Sequence record: SRR20825006_597 | DNA length: 64,000 nucleotides | Strand: one strand, 5' to 3' | Part shown: in pieces, positions 49,650 to 58,487 of the stretch | How the letters are laid out: the number at the start of each line of letters is the position of its first letter | How positions within the stretch are numbered: position 1 is the stretch's first letter | The notes under the pieces: model-generated | Database searches by the model: none | What the model saw: the letters and a program-made list of their open reading frames with translations, nothing else | Told to the model about the DNA's origin: nothing | Translations under genes and position numbers: made by a program

Positions 49650-51023
49650 ATGGTTAGCTGGAATACATCGCTCATTCGTCAGTACGGCAACCCTGGCCCC
49701 CGTTACACCTCCTATCCTCCTGCAACCAGTTTCCATGCTGACATCAGTGAAGAGGACTTCTGGCTGGCACTGGATGAAGGCAATGTGGCACGGCGCCCGT
49801 TATCGCTGTACATGCACATCCCTTTCTGTGACAGCGTCTGTTATTACTGTGCCTGCAACCGTATCGTCACCGCCAACAAGGCTCGCGGAGCGGAGTATCT
49901 ACAGCTGCTGAAGCAGGAAATTAAACGCAAAGCCACGCGAGTGGATAAGCGGCGACCGGTGACCCAGATGCACTGGGGCGGCGGCACGCCCACCTTTCTC
50001 AATGACGGGGAGCTCACTGAGCTGGTATACGATCTGGCCCGTCACTTTAATCTGCGTGATGACGAGCGCAGTGACTATGCCATCGAAATTGATCCCCGCA
50101 CGGTGGATCAGTCCCGTCTGGGGTTGCTCCGCGGGCTCGGCTTTAACCGGGTAAGCCTGGGCGTGCAAGATCTTGATCCTCGCGTGCAGAAAGCAGTCAA
50201 CCGTATCCAGCCCTATGAACTTATTCGGGACACCATGGCCTGGAGCCGGGATTTCGGTTTCCGTTCTATCAATACCGATCTGATTTACGGGCTGCCCTGG
50301 CAATCGGAATCGAGTCTGGCGCGGACACTGGAGCAGCTATTGGCGCTCCGGCCAGACCGTATATCACTGTATAACTACGCCCACCTGCCTTCACGGTTCA
50401 AGATCCAGCGGCAAATCCAGGCACAAGCACTGCCTGGCCCGGAAGAGAAATTACGCATGCTTGCTCGGGCGGGGAAAATGCTTCAGGAGCAGGGCTACTG
50501 CTATATCGGCATGGACCATTTTGCGCTGGAGAATGACAGCCTCTCAGTAGCGCAGAAAAACGGCCTTTTGCATCGCAACTTTCAGGGGTACACCCTCCAT
50601 GGCGATGCCGACCTGCTGGGGCTTGGCGTGAGCGCCATCAGCCAGCTTGGCAACCTTTATGCCCAGAACCACAAAGCACTGGATGAATGGGCCTCCGACC
50701 TGAAACAGCGGCACCTGCCGATTGATAAAGGTTTCATGCTCAATCGCGATGACCAGATCCGGCGGGCACTGATCATTCAGCTGCTGTGCGACCTGTCGGT
50801 GGAGATGTCCACGTTCAGTGAGACCTGGGGCATTAATTTTGCCGATTATTTTGCCGATGCCCTGTCTGAATGGGTGACATTCGAAGCACAGGGTCTGGTG
50901 GCCGTGGAGAAAGGCCGATTGCACATTACCGAAAGCGGGCGTCTGGTCAGCCGGGCCCTGGTGATGCCTTTTGACCGCTATACCCCACGACAGCAACAAA
51001 GCCGGTTTAGCCGGATTATTTGA
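49650..51023 (+). CDS. hemN: Oxygen-independent coproporphyrinogen III oxidase
   Basis: GPRYTSYP, radical SAM CxxxCxxC (CDSVCYYC), HWGGGTP and RNFQGY. RBS AGGAGG. Confidence 0.95.
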   Translation: MVSWNTSLIRQYGNPGPRYTSYPPATSFHADISEEDFWLALDEGNVARRPLSLYMHIPFCDSVCYYCACNRIVTANKARGAEYLQLLKQEIKRKATRVDKRRPVTQMHWGGGTPTFLNDGELTELVYDLARHFNLRDDERSDYAIEIDPRTVDQSRLGLLRGLGFNRVSLGVQDLDPRVQKAVNRIQPYELIRDTMAWSRDFGFRSINTDLIYGLPWQSESSLARTLEQLLALRPDRISLYNYAHLPSRFKIQRQIQAQALPGPEEKLRMLARAGKMLQEQGYCYIGMDHFALENDSLSVAQKNGLLHRNFQGYTLHGDADLLGLGVSAISQLGNLYAQNHKALDEWASDLKQRHLPIDKGFMLNRDDQIRRALIIQLLCDLSVEMSTFSETWGINFADYFADALSEWVTFEAQGLVAVEKGRLHITESGRLVSRALVMPFDRYTPRQQQSRFSRII

Positions 51024-51094
51024 CCTTTATTCTACTATTTTCACTCTATACTCTAAGAGTGACGCTTTACGCAGCGATCAACCGGAGTCAAATC

Positions 51095-51814
51095 GTGTCT
51101 CATCATGTTTCCTGCAACGACTGTAGCCTCAGCCCCATTTGTCTGCCCTTGGCGGTGGCGCCGGCACAGCTGGATCAACTGGACCGCATTATCCACCGTG
51201 GCCGCCCACTGAAACGTGGTGATCACCTGTTCCGTGCCGCCGACGGGTTCGATTCCGTCTACGCAGTGCGTTCGGGGGCATTGAAAACCTATGTGGTTAG
51301 CGATGATGGCGAAGAACAGGTCACCGGGTTTTACCTGCCCGGTGAAGTGCTGGGCATGGATGGCATCAGCACTGCGCATCATGTTTCCAACGCCAAGGCA
51401 CTGGAGACCGCTACCGTGTGCGAAATACCCTTCTCTCAGCTGGAAACCCTGTCGCAACAGATTCCCTCACTGCAGCATCATTTTTTCCGCTTGATGAGCA
51501 ATGAAATTCGGGCAGACCGGGAGCTGCACATGCTGCTGGGCAAGAAAAGTGCAGAAGACCGCGTGGCCTCCCTGTTGCTATCACTGTCAGCCAGACATCA
51601 GCGTCGTGGACTAAGCGACAATATCTTTCGTCTACCTATGTCCCGCTATGACATTGCCAACTACCTCGGCATGGCAGTGGAAACCGTCAGCCGTATTTTT
51701 ACGCGTTTTCAGCAGCAGCACTGGCTGCGCGTTACCGGCCGTGAAATTGAAATCCTTGATCGTGCTCGCCTGTGTGGCCAGAACCACGACCCTGCTTTGG
51801 AGCTCACACTGTGA
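51095..51814 (+). CDS. fnr: FNR/Anr oxygen-sensing regulator
   Basis: CNDCSLSPIC plus VCEIP Fe-S ligands, and ETVSR recognition helix. GTG start after GGAG. Confidence 0.93.
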   Translation: MSHHVSCNDCSLSPICLPLAVAPAQLDQLDRIIHRGRPLKRGDHLFRAADGFDSVYAVRSGALKTYVVSDDGEEQVTGFYLPGEVLGMDGISTAHHVSNAKALETATVCEIPFSQLETLSQQIPSLQHHFFRLMSNEIRADRELHMLLGKKSAEDRVASLLLSLSARHQRRGLSDNIFRLPMSRYDIANYLGMAVETVSRIFTRFQQQHWLRVTGREIEILDRARLCGQNHDPALELTL

Positions 51815-52743
51815 CAGCCCCCGTCGTCGCGATCCTTGATCGCAATCTTAAAGCCGGCCAACCCGCCCTGAGCAAGGCGCAGCACATCGCGGCTGCGGCC
51901 GGGGCACCGTTGAAGATCATCGTCAATGCTTATTCTTCCGCCATGGTGCGTGCCGTTGGCATAGATGCCGAACGCCAGCAGGCGGCCAGGCAGCAGATCA
52001 GCAAAGCCTGGCACAAACGCGCCACCGCACTGCTGGGCGAAGACGCAGGAGAGATCCTGGTTCTTTGGGAAAAAGACAGCATGGACGGGCTTCGCAAGGC
52101 CATACTGGCTCAGGCTCCGTCACTGGTGGTGGTGCATACCAGCGACGACAGCGCTCTGCGTCGCCACCTCTTTACCCCACGGGACTGGCAATTAATTCGC
52201 AAGGCGCCCTGCCCGGTGCTTTGCGTTCATAACCGGGAGTGGAATGCCACTCCTCGTATTCTTGCCGCGCTGGATCCGGGCACCGGGGAAGCCTCCGATG
52301 ACCGGCTCTCTGTGCGGGTGCTGGAAGGCGCACGCCAACAGGCCGCCTTGCTTGGAGCTCAGCTCACCGCATGCCACGTGCTCGATGAAATGGATGAAGG
52401 CCTGATTATGGTGGCGGGCGAAGCCATTCCGGATTACACCGGCAGCATGGAAAAAGTACGCGCCTACCATCGGGACAATTTCTTTCAGTTCGGGGCCGCC
52501 CAGGGGTTGGATCAGGACCAGTTGGTGACACTGAACGGGCCCATTGCCCATAGCCTGTCCAGCTACTGCGACAAGGAAGATGTGGATCTACTGGTACTGG
52601 GTACCGTCCACCGCAACCTGCCCGAACGGTTACTGCTCGGCTCCACTGCTGAATCCGTGATTACTCGCGCCAATGCCGATGTGCTGGTGATCAAGCCTGA
52701 CGATTTTCAATCGCCCTGGCGCGACAATGACGATGATCAATGA
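51811..52743 (+). CDS. uspE: Tandem universal stress protein (UspE-like)
   Basis: FTPRDWQLIRKAPCPVL, LVLGTV and LGSTAE. Follows fnr. Confidence 0.82.
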   Translation: MTAPVVAILDRNLKAGQPALSKAQHIAAAAGAPLKIIVNAYSSAMVRAVGIDAERQQAARQQISKAWHKRATALLGEDAGEILVLWEKDSMDGLRKAILAQAPSLVVVHTSDDSALRRHLFTPRDWQLIRKAPCPVLCVHNREWNATPRILAALDPGTGEASDDRLSVRVLEGARQQAALLGAQLTACHVLDEMDEGLIMVAGEAIPDYTGSMEKVRAYHRDNFFQFGAAQGLDQDQLVTLNGPIAHSLSSYCDKEDVDLLVLGTVHRNLPERLLLGSTAESVITRANADVLVIKPDDFQSPWRDNDDDQ

Positions 52744-52764
52744 CGCTCACACTAGAGAGGCTCC

Positions 52765-53070
52765 ATGATGTCAGATAAAAAGGACTTTACCGCCCGCGCC
52801 CGTCAGCAACTTGAAGATTGGGACTATCAACTCGATCGCCTGTCGGCACGGCTGAACGATTTGCGTGATGAATGGCGCGAAGAGGCCCGGGAAAAACTCA
52901 ACGAAATGAAAGGCCGCCGCAGTGAATTCGAGGAAAAACTGGAGCGCCTGGAATCCCATGGTGATGACGCCTGGGATGACATCAAGGCCGGGCTTGAAAT
53001 TGCCTGGGATGGCCTGAAAACCGGTTTCCTTGCCGCCAAGAGTGAATTCGAGGACAACAAGAAACATTGA
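52765..53070 (+). CDS. Small coiled-coil protein (sll1863-like)
   Basis: QLEDWDYQLDRL...DAWDDIKAGLEIAW. RBS GAGG. Confidence 0.7.
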   Translation: MMSDKKDFTARARQQLEDWDYQLDRLSARLNDLRDEWREEAREKLNEMKGRRSEFEEKLERLESHGDDAWDDIKAGLEIAWDGLKTGFLAAKSEFEDNKKH

Positions 53071-53124
53071 GAGCTCATGAACACGATGACGCGGGACCTA
53101 GACCGCGTCATCGCTGGGTGCCGC

Positions 53125-53904
53125 TCAGGCGCCCTGCTCTGCCCTGCGAAACACCGGTTTCAGCGCGGTGGACTCGGACTCACAATAGCGATAGCCCGCC
53201 ACATCAAACTGTTTCAATTTGGCCGGATCCTTCAGCCCTTTCCGGATAATCCAGGCAGCCATCAACCCCCGCGCTTTCTTCGCGTAAAAACTGATAACCT
53301 TGTACTTGCCGTTTTTTTCGTCCTGAAAAACGGGCTCGATGATGGTGCCGGCGACATTTTTCTTTTTGACCGACTTGAAGTACTCGTTGGACGCCAGATT
53401 CACCAGGGTATCGGTTTTGGCTGCCTTCATGTCCTTGTTCAGCACGTCGGTAATGGTGTCGCCCCAAAAGGCGTACAAATCCTTGCCGCGAACGTTATCC
53501 AGTCGTGTGCCCATTTCCAGCCGATAAGGCTGCATCAGGTCCAGTGGGCGCAGCACCCCATACAAGCCGGAGAGCATACGGAATCGCGACTGGGCATCAT
53601 TGAGCTGGTTGTCAGTGAACGACTCAATATCCAGACCGGTGTATACATCGCCTTTGAAAGCAAACGCCGCCGGGCGCGCATTTTTCTTGTTGAAGGGGCG
53701 AGCCCACAAGGAAAAACGCTCTGCATTCAGATGGGCAATTTTGTCACTAACACTCATCAGGCTGCTGATATCTGCCGGCGAAAGCTGGCGTGCACGCTCA
53801 ATCAGCACCTCGCTATCATCAAGCAAGCGGGGTTGCGTGGCTTTCAGTGCCGGTAATTCACTCTCGTAATCCAGCGTTTTGGCCGGCGAGACAACAATCA
53901 ACAT
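53125..53904 (-). CDS. yaaA: Peroxide stress protein YaaA
   Basis: SPAKTLDY, FKGDVY, SGLYGVLRPLD, NLASNEY and SFYAKKARG. Confidence 0.93.
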   Translation of the reverse strand: MLIVVSPAKTLDYESELPALKATQPRLLDDSEVLIERARQLSPADISSLMSVSDKIAHLNAERFSLWARPFNKKNARPAAFAFKGDVYTGLDIESFTDNQLNDAQSRFRMLSGLYGVLRPLDLMQPYRLEMGTRLDNVRGKDLYAFWGDTITDVLNKDMKAAKTDTLVNLASNEYFKSVKKKNVAGTIIEPVFQDEKNGKYKVISFYAKKARGLMAAWIIRKGLKDPAKLKQFDVAGYRYCESESTALKPVFRRAEQGA

Positions 53905-53978
53905 GCCCTTCTCCTTTACATATGCCTGCTGGGATTATATGAATCAGGAAAGGTCAGGTCTGCATCTGTGGAGGATAA

Positions 53979-54461
53979 ATGCGCCTATTGCTTGTATTAA
54001 CTGTGGTTATCGCGGTCTCTGCCCTGTTATGGGGGAGCTGGCAATGGGGCCGGCGTCCGTTTTTGCTGATCGCCAGTCTGGTGATGGCCGGTCTGATCGT
54101 GCTGGCCGTCGGTGTCTGGCAAGGCGGCAAGGATGATCAGGTGTATTTGCCACCCAAGGGGGTGGAGCTGGCCCTTTCGGAAATTCGAGACTCGGAATCC
54201 GGCGTGCGCCTCAGCGGGACGGTTCGCAATGAAGGCAAGCAGGATGTTGCCGCACTTTCACTGCAGGCACAGGCGCTGCATTGCCAGTCAGCGGAGGATT
54301 GTCAGGTCATTTATCAGCAGCCCATTACTCTGCAGATGTATCTACCTCGCGGCAGTGAATATCAGTTTGCGGTTGTAAGCCGTCACCCGGAGGAAAAAAC
54401 GCGGGTGGATCGCTGGCAACTACAGGTAGTGGAAAAGCTGGCCTACCCGGAACAGGAATAA
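53979..54461 (+). CDS. Hypothetical membrane-anchored protein
   Basis: Two N-terminal TM segments, an Ig-like SGTVRNEG stretch and a Cys pair. RBS GGAGG. Confidence 0.7.
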   Translation: MRLLLVLTVVIAVSALLWGSWQWGRRPFLLIASLVMAGLIVLAVGVWQGGKDDQVYLPPKGVELALSEIRDSESGVRLSGTVRNEGKQDVAALSLQAQALHCQSAEDCQVIYQQPITLQMYLPRGSEYQFAVVSRHPEEKTRVDRWQLQVVEKLAYPEQE

Positions 54462-54534
54462 GGCGCGCGAGACCGGGCTGGCATGATCTGGCATGAATCG
54501 TCACAATGCGGCTTCCAAACTCCCAGGAGTCATT

Positions 54535-55368
54535 ATGGCATCACTGATTCCCGGCCAGCTCACCCCCATCGGCGACCACGCCTGGCGGGTACTGGCGCGC
54601 AACCCGGGCATGATGACCGGGCCAGGCACCAACAGTTATTTGTTTGGCAGGGACAGCCTTACCGTTATTGACCCCGGTCCGGAAGACCAGGAGCATCTGC
54701 AGGCCCTATTGCAGGCCGCCCGCACTCTGGACAAGCCGATCACCCAGGTCATCGTCACGCACACTCACCGTGACCATTCTCCGGGTGCACTGGCTCTGGT
54801 GGCCGCCACAGGCGCCCGCTGCCTGGGCCCCTCTGTGCCGGATGACGGACTCCAGGATGAAAGCTGGAATGCGGATCGACTGCTGGGTGAAGGTGATACG
54901 GTGGACTGTGGCGGCGTCAGCCTCACCGCCATTGAAACCCCTGGTCATGTAGGCAACCACCTCTGCTACCTGAGCGAACAGGGTTTGCTGTTCACCGGCG
55001 ACCACCTGATTCAGGGCTCCACCGTGGTCATCGCCCCCCCTTCAGGTTCCATGCAGGCGTACTTTGCGTCACTGAGAAAACTGCAGAATCGAGGCATCAC
55101 CCTGATGGCTCCCGGCCACGGCGATGTAATCAGCCAGCCGGAGGACACCCTCTCCCAGACCCTGGCTCACCGCCAGAAGCGCGAAGACAAGGTCGTTGAC
55201 TGCCTGACGGCAACAGCTCAGCCGTTGGCAACTCTGGTAACGGCGGTGTATGACGATGTACCGGTTTTTTTGCACGGCGTGGCACAGCTTTCGCTGAGCG
55301 CACATTTGATCAAGCTTGCCGCAGAAGGCAAGGCATCTGAAGCGGCGGGCGGCTGGGCGTTGCCCTGA
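54535..55368 (+). CDS. MBL-fold metallo-hydrolase (LACTB2-like)
   Basis: NPGMMTGPGTN, THTHRDH, TPGH, TGDH and PGHG. Confidence 0.9.
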   Translation: MASLIPGQLTPIGDHAWRVLARNPGMMTGPGTNSYLFGRDSLTVIDPGPEDQEHLQALLQAARTLDKPITQVIVTHTHRDHSPGALALVAATGARCLGPSVPDDGLQDESWNADRLLGEGDTVDCGGVSLTAIETPGHVGNHLCYLSEQGLLFTGDHLIQGSTVVIAPPSGSMQAYFASLRKLQNRGITLMAPGHGDVISQPEDTLSQTLAHRQKREDKVVDCLTATAQPLATLVTAVYDDVPVFLHGVAQLSLSAHLIKLAAEGKASEAAGGWALP

Positions 55369-55420
55369 CGCCCGACGCCGCGTTTCATCAAAGATCAGGA
55401 CCAAAGGTCAGGCCACCCCC

Positions 55421-56371
55421 CTATAACCAGCCTTTTCGTTTGAAATACCAGTACGGTGCCATGCCGGACAACACCATCAACCCAATAGCCATCGGATACC
55501 CAAAACGGAAATCCAGCTCGGGCATGATCTCGAAGTTCATCCCGTAAATGCTGGCAATCATGGTGGGCGGCAGGAACACCACCGCTGCGATGGAAAAGAT
55601 CTTGATGATCTGGTTCTGCTGGATATTGATGAAGCCCTGGGCTGCATCCATCAGGAAGTTGATCTTGTCGAACAGAAAGGTGGTGTGTGACAACAGGGTA
55701 TCCAGGTCGTGCTGGATTTCCGCACAGGTACGCCGGCGCACCTTGTCCGATCGCACATAGCGCTGAATAAACGAGATGGATCGCTGGGTGTCCATCAGGC
55801 ACAGGCGGATTTTCCCGTTGGTGTCTTCCAGCTGTGCCAGGCGTTCAATGTCCTCTTCCAGCTCCCCGTTTTCCTCTTCAAGCACGCTATAGCCGACTTT
55901 TTCCAGGTCCCGGTGCACGTCTTCCAAAGCATCCGCCAGGTTTTCCACTTTCTGGTCGAGAATACTCAGCAGGATATCCAGGGGTTGCGATACCTTGACC
56001 CAGCCGCGCCGAACTCGCAGGCGCAGCAAGCGGAAATCCGGCAACCGGGAATCACGGAACGAAAGCAGCCGCCCCTCCTGCACCACAAAGGCCACCGTGG
56101 AAGTCCGGGCACGGCCTTCTGACTGGAACAGGAACAGGGAGTGAACGTGGAGCCCCTGCTCATCGCTGAAAAAGCGGGCCGAAGCTTCAATTTCTTCCAT
56201 GTCGTCGGAATCTGGCAGCTCGGCCTGAAGAAATTGCTGGACCAGATTCCGCTCGTCTTCCTCGGCATCAACCAGGTCGATCCAGCTGCCGTCTTCTGCC
56301 AGCGACGGCATGATGGTATCCACATCCTTTTCGCGCAGAACACCATTTTCGATTCGAAAGATATGCAGCAT
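55421..56371 (-). CDS. corA: Magnesium/cobalt transporter CorA
   Basis: EEIEASARF and the signature IYGMNF and MPEL. Confidence 0.94.
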   Translation of the reverse strand: MLHIFRIENGVLREKDVDTIMPSLAEDGSWIDLVDAEEDERNLVQQFLQAELPDSDDMEEIEASARFFSDEQGLHVHSLFLFQSEGRARTSTVAFVVQEGRLLSFRDSRLPDFRLLRLRVRRGWVKVSQPLDILLSILDQKVENLADALEDVHRDLEKVGYSVLEEENGELEEDIERLAQLEDTNGKIRLCLMDTQRSISFIQRYVRSDKVRRRTCAEIQHDLDTLLSHTTFLFDKINFLMDAAQGFINIQQNQIIKIFSIAAVVFLPPTMIASIYGMNFEIMPELDFRFGYPMAIGLMVLSGMAPYWYFKRKGWL

Positions 56372-56426
56372 GATGTTTCCCTGATCATCCTCGCCGGCAG
56401 CGGCCGGCAATCTTTGTAGAGCCGTT

Positions 56427-57074
56427 ATGTGTTTACCGACAACCGGGCCCCAGGCTCGGCAAACTGCTTCTCTTATCGACCTGAGCAGCGATGCGCAGCT
56501 GCATCGCTGGGCGGGTTTGATGGGGCCATCGCAAGCAGACCACCTGCTGGCTACGTTAAGCCAGACTCTGGATTGGCAACAACCCAAGATTACCGTGTAT
56601 GGGCGGCAGCACCCAGTCCCGCGGTTAACCGCCTGGCATGGCGATACCGGGCTGCGCTATCGCTATTCCGGGCATACGCACACGGCAACGGGCTGGCCTG
56701 CCGGGCTATTGCCGGCCAAGGCCGCGATCGAACGCGTCACCGGCAAAACCTTCAACAGCGTGCTGGCCAATCTGTACCGTAATGGTGACGACTGCATGGG
56801 CTACCACAGCGATAACGAGCCGGAGCTGGGCCATGCGCCCTGGGTGGCGTCCTACAATCTTGGTGCCTGCCGCGAATTGACCTTCCGGCCGAAAGGCCCG
56901 GGCAGTCAGCGCCAGTGCCTGAGTGTGCCACTTCATCATGACGATCTTTTGTTGATGTCACCGGGCGTACAGGCCGGCTTTGAGCATGCCCTGCCCCGCC
57001 GCCGCAACCGGCCTGACCCGCGCATCAACCTGACCTTCCGCTATATCGTCCCTGACCAGACCCCGGATCTTTGA
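56427..57074 (+). CDS. AlkB-family 2OG-Fe(II) dioxygenase (ALKBH2/3-like)
   Basis: PRLTAW, NLYRNGDD, HSD, HALP and RINLTFR. Confidence 0.88.
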   Translation: MCLPTTGPQARQTASLIDLSSDAQLHRWAGLMGPSQADHLLATLSQTLDWQQPKITVYGRQHPVPRLTAWHGDTGLRYRYSGHTHTATGWPAGLLPAKAAIERVTGKTFNSVLANLYRNGDDCMGYHSDNEPELGHAPWVASYNLGACRELTFRPKGPGSQRQCLSVPLHHDDLLLMSPGVQAGFEHALPRRRNRPDPRINLTFRYIVPDQTPDL

Positions 57075-57100
57075 AGCAGCGTCCTGTTTCACCACGGCGT

Positions 57101-58324
57101 TCAGGCAAAAAACAGGTAACTCAGGAAAATAGCGCTGACCAGCCCGGCGGCATCTGCCGCCAGCCCACACCACAGCGCATAGCGGAAATCACGAATCCCT
57201 ACACTGCCGAAATACACGGTCAACACATAAAAGGTGGTTTCCGTAGAGCCCTGCATCACCGCCGCCATCCGCCCAGCCAGCGAATCCACGCCATGGGTCT
57301 GCATTACATCCACCATGGCGGCCCGCGCCCCGGAACCACTCAAGGGTTTAAGCAGCGCTACGGGCAGGGCATCCACAAAGCGGGTATCCAGCCCAAGCGC
57401 GCCAACCCCGCTGCGAATGCCGTCCAGAAACAAGCCCAGCACGCCCCCGGCTCGAAGCATGGCAATGGCCGCCAGCATGGCCACCAGGTAAGGAATAATT
57501 TTTACCGCAAGGGTGAAGCCCTCCTTTGCCCCCTCGACAAAAGCATCGTAGCTATCCACACCGGACCGCCAGGCGGCGATAAAGAACACACTCAAGACAA
57601 GCAGAAGAATGCCGTTACCCAGCAGGCTGGCGAACGTGTTGGCGGCCTCTGCCGGGGCCAGTAACACAACGGCGCCAAGCAAACCCAGAACCGCCAGCCA
57701 GACGCCCATTACCGTGAGCAATAGAGGGCTGGCCAGGGGAAGCTTTTGCACCCTGGCGGTAACAATCACGCCTACCAGGGTGGAAATGGTGGTTGCCATC
57801 AGCAAAGGCAGGTACACCAGCGCCGGATCTTCTGCGCCTTGCTGAGCGCGAAAAAGAAGTACTGTGACCGGAACCAGGGTCACCGATGACGTATTGAGCA
57901 CCAGAAACATAATCTGGCTGTTAGTGGCGCTGCGCGGGGACGGATTGTCTTTCTGGAGTGACTCCATGGCTTTGAGGCCCAGTGGCGTCGCGGCGTTATC
58001 CAGCCCCAGCATATTGGCCGCGAGATTCATGGATACCGGAGCAGCCGCCTCCGGAGTTCGGGCAATACCTGGCATGACACGGGCCAGCAACGGCGTCACC
58101 CAGCCGGACACCCGATCAGCCAGCCGGCTGGCTTCCGCCAGCCGAAACAGGCCACTCCACAGGGCCAGCACCCCGACCAGCCCCAGGCTCACCTCCACCG
58201 CCAAGTCAGCGGATTCCCACAGGGCATTGATAAGACGCCCTGGTGCCTCCATGTCCCCGGCCATGAGCTGGATCACAGCCCCGGCGATACCCGCCAGGAA
58301 AAACAGGCTAAACAGTCTGTGCAA
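57101..58324 (-). CDS. Fused SpmA/SpmB nucleoside-recognition-domain membrane protein
   Basis: ANMLGLDNAATPLGLKAM, KPLSGSG and GSTETTFYV. Confidence 0.88.
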   Translation of the reverse strand: MHRLFSLFFLAGIAGAVIQLMAGDMEAPGRLINALWESADLAVEVSLGLVGVLALWSGLFRLAEASRLADRVSGWVTPLLARVMPGIARTPEAAAPVSMNLAANMLGLDNAATPLGLKAMESLQKDNPSPRSATNSQIMFLVLNTSSVTLVPVTVLLFRAQQGAEDPALVYLPLLMATTISTLVGVIVTARVQKLPLASPLLLTVMGVWLAVLGLLGAVVLLAPAEAANTFASLLGNGILLLVLSVFFIAAWRSGVDSYDAFVEGAKEGFTLAVKIIPYLVAMLAAIAMLRAGGVLGLFLDGIRSGVGALGLDTRFVDALPVALLKPLSGSGARAAMVDVMQTHGVDSLAGRMAAVMQGSTETTFYVLTVYFGSVGIRDFRYALWCGLAADAAGLVSAIFLSYLFFA

Positions 58325-58487
58325 AGTATCTCCCGTGCGCTAGGGTCATAGAATTACGCCGATAGACGGCGCCAGGCACTGCAACTTCGTGCCATCACGA
58401 TAGTCTACACCGATAGCCGGCGATTCAACCCTGAATGACCGCTCCCGGGCTGTCGGCTATACTGAAAAAAACTGTTTGAGAGCCAGT

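Noticed and set aside
52727..52740. FNR-like ATGAC-GATG-ATCAA before the small coiled-coil gene
   Set aside because: It is mismatched, explained by the Asp codons at the end of uspE, and too close to the start for activation.
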